A stretch of 64,000 nucleotides of DNA. It comes from Batkoa obscura. Its lineage: Eukaryota. The stretch lies in contig JASVEC010000016.1 of the NCBI GenBank assembly GCA_030770535.1, positions 930,001-994,000 on the forward strand, read 5' to 3'. The translations under genes and the position numbers were made by a program. The stretch's first letter is position 1. Every line of letters begins with the position of its first letter. Of this stretch, positions 53,234-64,000 are shown piece after piece. A model generated the notes under the pieces. It was not told the origin of the DNA, ran no database searches, and was given only the letters and a program-made list of their open reading frames with translations.

Positions 53234-54905
53234 CTTAATGAAATTGTAGTACTAGTAACCCCGGTGGTTTTTGCTTTTATGATATTAACTGGGTTAACAG
53301 CCGACTTATCAGATTTGTTATTGTAAATGACCCTTTGTTACAAGTTTTATTTCAATCGTCAAATAATGACTTATTTTTGTGGTAAATTTTTAATTTTATA
53401 TTTTGGAAAAAAAATTAATGTTTATATTTCCAACTACATAAAACTCATAGAATATACCATAGCATCACCTTCAATAACACTTGGCTTTATTGATAATATT
53501 TATTTAACACTATCATGTTTTGATTATATAAAGTTATTTACTTTAACCTAGAAAATGAAGCTATAAAACCGCAATATGAGACAGTAATACATGTTTTATT
53601 TAATTGTCTACATCAATTGCACCGTTATTTAAATAGTTTAGTATGTTCTTATTTTAAATGGAACAAATACAAATCTACCGAATTTCTAAGGAACTGTTAT
53701 CATTTTCGATCCCCAACTAATTTTATATTTAGACTTTTTCTATTAACAGCTTTTACTAAGTGTACTGATATTATACAAACATTAGGCTTGTTTAAACAAA
53801 CAAACATCTTATTTTTTGATTTTTCGAATAATTAGATATGTAATATACATTCTTTGTGCTTTTACTTTAATTTTCAAATTACACTCCAATGTGAAATCTG
53901 GTACTCAGGGTTTGGAGTCAAGAACAGCTATTACTGGGTTGACTACACTATAAGTCGAAAGGTCTTACTTTATGTGACTAAGATAGACTTGGATTATGAG
54001 GAATAGCATGTAATAGGTTACAAGCTATACAAGACAAATAGAATAGAGAATACTAATGTGAAATCTACGTAAAACACTATTAAATAAACTTAGTGGTTTT
54101 ATTAAATGTTCGGGATATCAGGGAATAATTCAGTTAAAAAGCCTCGAACTACTATACTCTATAAACTCTTTTATACTCTGAAAAGTAGAAATATCAAAAT
54201 GAGAAGATAATATTCTTTTGGATGGAGCTAGAAATTCTCATAACAAATCAAAATAAGAACATGGGATTGATTTCCTCTGAACTCGAGAACACAACAGCTT
54301 AGGCGATTGTTATGCTATAATTAACCATGGGACTGACAAAGCGATATTTCACACCAACTTGAAATATTGACTATTGACTATTGAAGACTTAAAAAATTAA
54401 AAAATCATTCTACTAGGAGTATAACAATTTTAATCAATTAAACTACAGCTTTTACTATTCAATACACTAAATTAACTTAGTTATAATGGTTAGATAACCT
54501 AAATTGGTTGATGACTTATTACATTTTTAAATAAGTTTTTAAAATAATCGTAAAAACCAAATAATATAAAATAATGCTATAGTAGTTAAGACACACATAT
54601 ATTTATGGAGACATAATAACGTGTTTTTGGTAATTGTCATCATACTTTATATATATTTTGTAATACCTAGAACAAAAGCAAAAACTTCATACTCCTAAAA
54701 ATATTGATACAAATAAATAAATATTATTTTTGAAAACTTAAAAACGTTGGTAGATGTAGTTTAGCTACTTTTTGTAAAAGTTAAGATAATATTAGTTATA
54801 TGAATATGTTTAAATAAATATGAAATTGAATAGCAAAAAACAAAGCATTGGAATGTACAGTTGTTATAACTTTTTTTTTGAGATTTATTACTTCACAAAT
54901 TATAT

Positions 54906-55000
54906 GGGGATGTAATTTTGTATTTAAGAATTTTACTGACAATTTTTCCACATAAATAGCGCTTAAAAAATGGAAAAATAATGAAGCTAAAAACAGCCCC
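54906..55000 (-). mobile_element. MITE copy, ATAT TSD (degenerate copy nearby at ~55150-55240)
   Basis: atat|ggggatg...cagcccc|atat. Confidence 0.9.
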
Positions 55001-55607
55001 ATATGCTAAGTTTTCTAGCCATGAATTTTATTCAAGTCAAAGATAAAAAAACATGGTAAATGAAGATATGCGTATTCGTTTAGCAAACTTTTATCATGTT
55101 TCTTGTATACTATACTAAAGTTTCCTAATCTAATGTTTTACTATATATGAATGTCTTTTTGCTATAGTGTCTCATTAATAGCTCTTCTAAATTCTATCCA
55201 TGTAGGAAATGGACAAAGTAATGAGACAAAAAGACACTCCAATTCCTTTTAAATTATAACAATTTATAATTCTATCACTTTGACATTTATGCCGTAATAA
55301 TATTCTACAAACTCAGTACAGAGAACACTATGTTCGATATAATCAAAAATAAATATATTCAATAATATTTTATAAATTTAAAAAGCATGCTATAATGATT
55401 TAAAAAATAAAATTAATAATGACCTTGGTTTATTTATAAGCCATAAAGGATGTAGAAATTGGAGTTGAATGGTATTGAAAGTTGTAGAGCAGACGTTGTT
55501 ATAATTAAACGCACTTTGGATAAAATCTCAAGATAAAGTAAAGGTGAAATGGGACAGTATTGAATTAATGGCTCAGTCAATTAGAAGGTGCAAATTTTAA
55601 TGAATAT

Positions 55608-57206
55608 TTATTCCTCGTCAGCATACACATCATTTTGTACTTCAGGTGATTGGGCACGTTCATATCCTGGAGATCCATCAGCATGGCCAGTTGCTTCTTG
55701 CTCATGTGTATTTAAATAATAATCACGTGTGTCATTTTTATCTGGGCTGGCTTCACGCTCATGTGGACGTGGAGAAAATTCATTGTCCTTACGATCAGGA
55801 GTTGGAGAGCGACGGTCAGCATTACTATCACGACGTTGATAAGGAGAACGAGAGCGATTAGATCCACTATAAGATCTTCCACGACGAGGTGAATCGCTTC
55901 TTCTAGAATCTCTACCACGTCTTGGGGATGGAGAGCGTCTAGAACGTCTTGGGGAACGAGAGCGAGAAGGAGAACGTGAACGACGATATGAACGACGTGG
56001 AGAACGTCTTGGAGAGCGTTCACGATGACGACGTGGGGATCTAGAACGAGATTTTGAATAATTACGTCTACTACTGCGACGACTATGGCTTCGTGAATCC
56101 TAAAGGACGGTTAATATTTGATATCATCTTTTTTATAATTAAATTACATCAATAATTTCTAATCTTCTGCCACGGAACTCATAATTTTGAAATTTATCTA
56201 AAGCATATTTCATATCATCATATTTTTCAAACTCAACAATTCTATAAAATGATTAGATTAAGACTAGTTACATTGTTATACTTACCCTTCTCCTTGGTGC
56301 TCTTTATGTGCATCGGCAAAGCAGACTTCTCCAGCACGGCGCATCAAATCCTTGAGATCCTGTAAAGATAGAAGGTCGTTAATAAATCAGCAACAAGGAC
56401 TTAGCCCAAAAGTGTATGTTCAAAGTAAAAAAGTAAAACTGGCCAAAAGAAAAGTAATTTAAGACCAAAACTAAAGTCACCAATAAGAACTAATAGTACA
56501 CAAAGAACGCAACGATATTTTTCAATTTAAGTAGCAAAATGTATCAATTTTTAACTAATTCTAATTAAAATGGGCAATACTATGTTCTCATATCTCCTTA
56601 TAATAAAAGCAATGTTATTAAAAACAAAGATTTTTAAATGAAGAGAATGAAGTACAGCGTATTACTTATTGTACAAATATTTTAAATTCACCATCAAAGT
56701 TTTTAAGTACAAGATATTTTGGCCAGTTAAGAAACTAGTATTAGAAACATACCTGCCAGTTAGCCCTAGACGAAAGATTGCGGATAAGCAAACGATTATC
56801 GGTACGAGTAGGTGGACCACGACGACGATCATTGTTACGATCATTGTTATTACTACGATCGTTATTGTTGTTACGCTGTCTGTCACGAGGATGACGTGAT
56901 TTAGCATACTCAACAACTAACCTATTAAAGAATTAGTTTGTATATAATTAGAAATAAATAAATTACCTTTCACCACGAAAGGTCTTCCCGTCAAATTCAC
57001 GTTGAACCTCTTTTGCATCAGAAGAACTACGGAATTCCTAACCAAGTTAATAAAATAGAGTAATTCATAAAAAAGGAACATACAACAAAACCAAAACGTT
57101 CCAAGAGAGAAATTTCAACAATTTCTCCATATCCTTTCAAGAGTTTTTCTATATCTCTTTCATGAGTGCCTGTGGCTAAATGTCCAAAAAAAAGTCTGGT
57201 ACTCAT
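55608..57206 (-). CDS. SR splicing factor (SRSF4/5/6, Srp2-like): 2 RRMs plus RS domain, 6 coding exons
   Basis: [51 protein letters not shown], long RS/SPR tail ending ..ADEE*. Confidence 0.92.
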
Positions 57207-59811
57207 TACTGTAAAACATATTAGAAAGTTATATAAAATAATTATTTATGATAATATTTTTATACTTACCAAAATTTAGATGTTATAAAAATTAAGCAAA
57301 GTCTTAAATTTTATTTAAAAAATCTGGTATTTCCCTCTATGAAATAGAGTTCTATTTTATGGGATTAAAATAATCCAAAGTTGGCCAATCATAATTCTTA
57401 ATTGCCTATGTTTAGCCCTAAATCTAAAATTACCAAATTTATTTTTTGAGCCCTAATTCTTTTGTCTATCTCATATTACTAGTAATCAATTAAATATAAG
57501 AGTAATCAATTATTAAATTAATCGATGTCATAATAATATAATTAAACTTCGGTATTGAATTGTGTATGTATTAACTCAAAGTTTAAAATAGTAGCCTTGA
57601 TATCGATATTACATCACAAAACTATATTATAACTTTGATTGCGAATTGGATTTTTAAAACTATTCCCCAGAAATTATATAAGTTCAAATCAAATCATTTT
57701 TACTTTCAATATAGCTTTCAACTCTTTTGCAAACTTATTAACTACTCATTTAAGAGTAAAATTTATGCTAAAATCTTACTAAAATATAGGCTTAGCTTTA
57801 AAAGAGTCAATTGATAATAATTTAACTGTATAAATTACAGTCAACTAGTACATAAAAGGATTGAAGTAGCTGTAAATATTCCTAATTAAATGGATGACGA
57901 AATGACTCAACCTAAAGATATTTAATTAACTCCTGCGGAGTAATCGAAAAATACGATTAAGTTAATGCCATGTTTAGTCCAATGGCGCAATCCATTTTTT
58001 TCGATTTGCTCATTAAAGACACTTACAGATGTCATCTTTCTCAATGACATCAATTTGAAGTTAATTTATTTCTGAAAAACAATTGAGATAGTCAAACTAT
58101 AAACTGTAAGTTTTTCATATAAATAATAAGTTGAATATTAACATTGATCCTCAACTATAATAGCTTCATTAGATTTTTCAAGAATTAAAGAAATAGTATA
58201 ATATATTTAAATTTAATAAAGCAATTTTAGAGATCTTAAAATTCAGAGACATAAAGGCTTTGTAATTTATTTTGTAAATTTTGAGGTTTTAAAGCTTGAG
58301 ATAATTTTAATTATAATAAGTCTTGCTATAAGTAATTAATAATTTGGTTACCAACACTTGCAAAAATATCGTTGTCTAGCAAAACATCATTGTTAAACAT
58401 GATACTTTTTTAAACTTGTTTAATTACTTGGATCCAGATTTTTCAAAAAAAGACTATAATCCTAGTAAATATAATTTTTTATCTAATTAGAGTTATATTT
58501 GATGAATATATTCGCCAATTTCAAGATTATATAAAAAAAGTTATGACGCGCATACTCATCAAATGCACTCAAATAGTCAATTTGAATTCCCATTAAACGA
58601 AAATTTTGTCACATAATTTACTACTTTTAAATTATTTAAACTCTTAAAAGTTCGTTATGTAAACTAACACTATTGTTTTTTCGATCAATCAGAGAATCCA
58701 CTCTTAATTATCAGCTTTAAAATGTAGTATGCTTTAAAATATAAATGTAAGTATTACCTTATGAATGATAAAGTGGCGACACATGAATCAATATTAATTT
58801 TCCTTACTTGAACCCAAGCCAGTATCCATTTTTATGCCATTATTTTACATAAAACAACCTCTGTGACTATAAGAATGTCTTCCTACTTTTACTATGTGTG
58901 CTTATATTGAACAGAAAGATCAGATCACTCTCAGTGAATCTCATAAAATTTATGTCATAGTTAAATTGTCGAAAACTATGCTATATAGCGCATCCATGTA
59001 TCTTTGAGTTTTTGTATATCATAGGCTCATATCACTATAACCATTTCAAAAAAAATCCAGCAAGGCGCAAATTTAAGCCCAAACCTTGTTAGTTCTTATC
59101 CCTTTACTCTTTTCTTAAAATACAACATTACACTGTTTTATTGATCTTTATCTAGTTTTCTAGTAATGTCAATTAGAATAATAAGTCAAATCCTGATTTA
59201 ATCAGTTAAATCTCAAGTTTCGAAGGCTTCAATATTTCTTTATAGCTCCGTTTATATACTCGAAAATTTTATTATGTTTCCTTTTAAATCCTTTCATTAT
59301 ATTTATTATCCATCAAATCTTTACTTGAAGATCATTAAATCCTCATTTCAAAAACCTTTTTAACCCACATTACTATTCCTGAAAGATAATCCGACTAAGT
59401 ATATTATAATCCAAGCCTAACTCTAATTAGTGTATCCAATATAAATAATCTTTTATGAAGTAGTTATATAAAATTTTAAATTGTTCCATAATTTTGAAAC
59501 TTTTTATGATAATCCAAATTCATGTCCATTAAACTAATCTTTTTCTTTCCATCCAGTTCATTTTATACTTCATTATAATGATCCTATATTATCTATTATT
59601 AACCTTCAACCAAACTTATTCCATTTATAATTTTTCATATTCCTTCCTTCTTATCATTAACTTCATAAAATTGTATAAAATAATTCGTCAAATACCAATT
59701 TAAATTTAAAAAATATTATTCATTCAAAATAATAGCAAAGGGTTGCGATAATTGTGATCCTCTTGTTTCCAAAATATAATGTTCCATTTAATCCGTTATC
59801 TTAATCCTATT

Positions 59812-61126
59812 TTATTCCAATGGACGTTGTCCAATTGGTGGACTCCTATCATTTCCTAATGGTGGTCCAATTGGCCCTCTTGGGGGCGTACGACGATCGT
59901 CGTGTCTTATAGGACTATGTGGCCCATTGTATCTACCTGGAGAACGAGGTCTTTCAAAACGACTAGGGGAACGTGGAGGCTCATATCTGCCTGGTGAGCG
60001 AGGTCTCTCGAAGCGACCAGGAGAACGCGGAGCCTCGTACCTACCTGGTGAGCGCATCCCTTCAAAACGTCCAGGTGAACGTGGACCACCGAATCTAGGT
60101 GGACTACGGCCATTTTCAAATCTTGGAGGGCTACGTCCATTCGCAAACCTTGGTGACCGTTCTGGGCGACGGGGTGAGCCAGAACGTTCACGACGAGGTG
60201 AGCGTCCTCTGAAGGGGGACCTCCCTCTTCTTGGTGAGCGCTCGTGGCGTGGTGAGCGGTTAAACCGAGATGACCCCATAAAAGGGGGGCGTTCATCTCT
60301 ACGGAAGCCGCCACGTCCAAAATTATGAACAGGTGCCTAAAACCATAAGTTATCAATTCATGTAAGTATTGCATGTTTTTACTTCAATCATGTGAATACG
60401 ATTACCGCCGAACTCTGCTCCTTGAAGTTTTTCGAGAACAGTCTTCATATCTCCGTAAGTATGGAACTCTAAAATACTAAAAACCTTAATTATGTTTCTT
60501 TAAAAAGCTATTAAACCCAACCCTTCACCACGACGGTATTTATGAACATCAGCAAAGGAACACTCTGCTACAGGTCTCACAAAATCTTTGATATCCTAAC
60601 AATTTTTAAACATCTTTTTTTTGTATTTGTCAGCTATCTTACTTGCCAACTTGAGCTGAAAGGAAGATTTTCGAGTATGATTCTGTTTGGAGTGCGAACA
60701 GGAGGTCCACGTCCACTAAACATTGATAAGAAAATTTCATTATAAAGCAAGTGAAACTTACTCGCGTCTTCTTTCATTGATGGGAAATCTCTCCCTTTCG
60801 CGCTCTCTACGAGTTCTAGCATGCTCAACGATCATTCTAAGCTACATTAGCGTTTATTTGTTATATTGCTGAGTATGAATCACCTTTCCCCAAAAAAATC
60901 AGAGCCATTGAGCTCGCGAATACAATCATCAGCATCTTTAAAATGGTTGAATTCCTAAATTAAAAATACTAAGGATTTAAATATTAAATAGAGTCAAATC
61001 TAATACCACGAAGCCGAAGCCGTCACGAACGTATATATCGCGAACAGGTCCATAAGGACGAAGAAGCTTTTCAATATCCTTCTCTTTAACGTCACGAGCC
61101 AAATGGCCAAAGAATAAACGAGACAT
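59812..61126 (-). CDS. Second SR-family paralog: 2 RRMs plus RSP/GRFE-repeat tail, multi-exon
   Basis: MSRLFFGHL, GFGFVEF, IVEHAR, SSWQ|DIKDFVR, FADVHK..GEG, tail of GR(F/Y)ExxRSP repeats. Confidence 0.88.
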
Positions 61127-61656
61127 TTCAGATAATTGAATCGTTAGTAAAAGTCTTAAAAGTAGTTTAATGCAGATTTCTTACCTTCGCTTTTATCAAA
61201 TTAAATCTTCCAATCAATTTAAGGTTAGGAGTAAATTTGATTCGTTTTTTATAATTTGTACCAACCATTAGTGTTGTTGAAATTTATTAATAAATTTAGA
61301 GTCTAAAATGTTTTACATTACTCTATAAATTAAACGTAGACTGAGCATTCTCGCTTTTGTGTCCAATAACTTTAATAGGTGAATTCTTTATTTCTAGATT
61401 CAACAAGGACAAAATTGAAAATGTCTAATCCATATTTAAACTACAATAATAGCGAAAACTTCATTGAAAAACAAATGAATAATGCTATTTTAAAAATAAA
61501 ATAAAATAAAATAAAATAAAATAATACTTGGGTTTAGGTACAAGGCTTTCTCATATCTTATGTCCAAATTTTTGTAGCTTTTAGATGTTGGGGGTAGCTG
61601 ATTGCAACGGTAAATATTACCTTTTGCAAAGTGACTAATGACATTTAACAAAATAT

Positions 61657-61750
61657 GAGGATGTTTTTTTGGTTTCATCACTTTTTCTATCTTTTAAGCG
61701 CTACTTGAGTCGAAAGATCGTTAGTAAAGTTAAACAAAAAATATATCCCT
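61657..61750 (+). mobile_element. MITE copy, ATAT TSD
   Basis: atat|gaggatg...tatccct|atat. Confidence 0.85.
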
Positions 61751-61877
61751 ATATATGTTCCAATCAAAAAATATCAATTGAGCTAAAGATAGTTGTATAG
61801 CTGCTAAAGTTCCGATGTATGCTATTCGATTTTTTATTTAAAAATAAAATCTTAGGCCTTAAGTCAATAATTCATAT

Positions 61878-61976
61878 GGAGATATGTTTTTGTATTTGAG
61901 AATTTTACTAACAATTTTTCCACTCAAATAGCGCTTAAAAGATAGAAAAAATAATGAACCCAAAAAAAACATCCCC
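61878..61976 (-). mobile_element. MITE copy, ATAT TSD
   Basis: atat|ggagata...catcccc|atat. Confidence 0.88.
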
Positions 61977-62992
61977 ATATGATGACTTAATCATTTGTTA
62001 ATAAAAATCATTGTTAAATAGTCGTCTCTTTATTTATAAACTAAACTTTCATTCTAAAGCATAAAAAGTTGCTTAAAAAATTTAAAGCTATAGTTTTTAT
62101 CATAATAAATAACGCCACTTTTTTTCTGCATAAATTGGATAAAACATGAGAAAACCTTATAGATTAAAAAGTTTGATGAGAGGCAACACTAATCCAGGAT
62201 GGTTTCTAGTGTTTTACTAAAACTTTAATAAAAAAAAGTAATAAAATAATATTAGAAAAATTAAAAATTAAATGATCAATAAAGAACATTTGTTAGTATA
62301 AATAAAACTAAAAAGCAAAACTGTTTTGCACATATGTTAACTTATTATATAATTTATTTTTAAAAATTTAATAATAGCTAAAGTTTGATAAAAAATGTCT
62401 TTAATTTTTTATTTTCAGCTAATTTAAAACAAAAATACTTAAAAATTACATTAAATATATATTTTATTATAATGAAAATTTTATAGAATGTTAATCTTAA
62501 GTTAAAATAAAAGAATAAATTTTTAAAAAAATATACTTTTAATTTTGTATTTATTATTAAGCTATCAAATAAAATTGAGTTTAATTTAACTTTAACTAGA
62601 TAAAAATAGTAAGGTTTTATAAACTAAGTTTTTTAGATTATTATTATTTAACGTTTAATTAATATAAAAGCTTCAATAATTTATTATATGATGAATTATT
62701 ACGTACATAAATAGCTTTATTTTTCAATTTTATTTATATTACTAAACTTTTTTTTTCACTATTTAGTTTTGAAGTATTTAATATAATTTTTACTTTTTAT
62801 AGCTCAACTTTCTATAATTACTCACAAGCTCAAAAATATGGTCAATCATTTTAAAAATAATTTATAGATACAGCACTGTTACTTTTTTATTAAATTACAA
62901 AGGTTTTTCTACAACAAACGGCATCTTCAGTAAATAAGTGATAATAAGACATCATACAAAAAACAAAATTAATTTAGCCATTAAACAATATA

Positions 62993-63083
62993 CAAGAATA
63001 TATTTTTTTGCTTAATAATTTTACTAATAATTTTTCTATTTAGTATTTAAAAAACAAAAAAGTGAAGTCAAAAAAATACACCT
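62993..63083 (-). mobile_element. Degenerate MITE copy
   Basis: aattttactaataatttttc...gtgaagtcaaaaaaatacacct. Confidence 0.55.
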
Positions 63084-63739
63084 ATATAATAGCAGAATTT
63101 TTGGCTTAAAATAATAAAGATGCCTTCCTTACTAAATAAATTTTTATGTATGAATTTAGACGTCCATTCATTTAATTCCAGTACAGTATAAAAGATCATC
63201 ATTAACTTATATTAAATTTCTTAGCCTTTAATCATATTTGGACTTTTTTCAAGGATATGATTAAAACGCAATCTTTTGTCCGACAGTGTTATAGTAAAGC
63301 TAGTTTTAGACACTATCTGTTTTGGATATTTTACTTGTAGTAAGGAAATAAATAAACCATCTTATAGTTTCTTTTAGCCAAGTTATTTCTGCACAGGTTT
63401 TTAAGGCTAGTCTAATTTGAGCTTTATGGCAAAAATTAGAATTAGGTGGCAAATCAAAATTGGGCCAAATTTAGATTTATTTGCCAAGTTTTAAAAAAAG
63501 TTATACTCAGTAAATTTGGAATTTTTATAATTAGAAATATAAAATGAAATTATTACATATTCAATGCTGATTTTCAAGTCAGTAAAAGTAAAGGTTGAAA
63601 TAATCCCAAAGAGTATATAACCCAAAGATGTATAGTTGAATTTGAGTTAAAAATTGAATATTTATTGTGATTCCTATAAATTTTTCATCGTTTGTAAATT
63701 TTAATTTTTGTTCGAAGAAACAGTATATTAGTATCTTAA

Positions 63740-64000
63740 ATGAAAGTTGGGTCAGGAGAAAAAGTAAAGCAGGTGGAAATAAGTGAGCATTTATTATCTT
63801 TTGAAGATGTCTGCTCCAAGTATGGAACTGGCGTTAATCCTAACAAGCCTTAGGAAAGTCAAGGCTTAACTCCGGAAAAAGTTCAAGAAGCCAAAGAAGC
63901 TTATGGTCTTAATACGCTAACTCTAGCTAAAGGCAAACGCCCAATAGTTCGTTTTTTAGAATGTTTAGGCAATCTCTTTAATATACTATTGATATTAGCC
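63740..64000 (+). pseudogene. 5' part of a P-type IIC (Na+/K+-ATPase alpha-like) gene with a premature stop; runs off the window
   Basis: VEISEHLLSFEDVCSKYGT..KP*ESQGLT..AYGLNTLTLAK..VRFLECLGNLFNILLILA. TAG at 63851. Confidence 0.7.

Noticed and set aside
53880..54360. Possible aspartic protease pseudogene (CYAIINHGT resembling AIIDSGT)
   Set aside because: A single degenerate motif; not supportable without a search.
55646..60374. Alternative-frame ORFs over the RS/RSP tails (55646, 55712, 59907, 59927)
   Set aside because: Frame shadows of GC-rich Arg/Ser/Pro repeats.

Overview
AT-rich eukaryotic DNA with short (~45-60 nt) GT-AG introns. The gene content suggests an early-diverging fungus (Zoopagomycota/Entomophthorales-like); this is inferred, not shown. 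Intact genes are: two paralogous secreted His/Tyr/Gly-rich repeat proteins punctuated by dibasic RR sites (candidate Kex2-processed multi-peptide precursors), SRP54, a 2-RRM protein, two near-identical stomatins, an MFSD1-like transporter, a multi-thioredoxin ER membrane protein, thioredoxin reductase, MSP1, RBA50/RPAP1, tRNA-Arg(UCG), a DJ-1/PfpI protein, a secreted 4x six-Cys repeat protein, RBM25/Snu71 and two tandem SR splicing factors. Accessory DNA holds about 20 copies of a ~98-bp MITE with 4-bp target-site duplications, a decayed Sola2-like DNA transposon with related termini, and a foldback element. An old segmental duplication (10-18 kb vs 46-53 kb) carries GPCR and MFS pseudogenes, and a P-type ATPase pseudogene starts at the right edge. 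All assignments come from reading motifs by eye; no searches were run.
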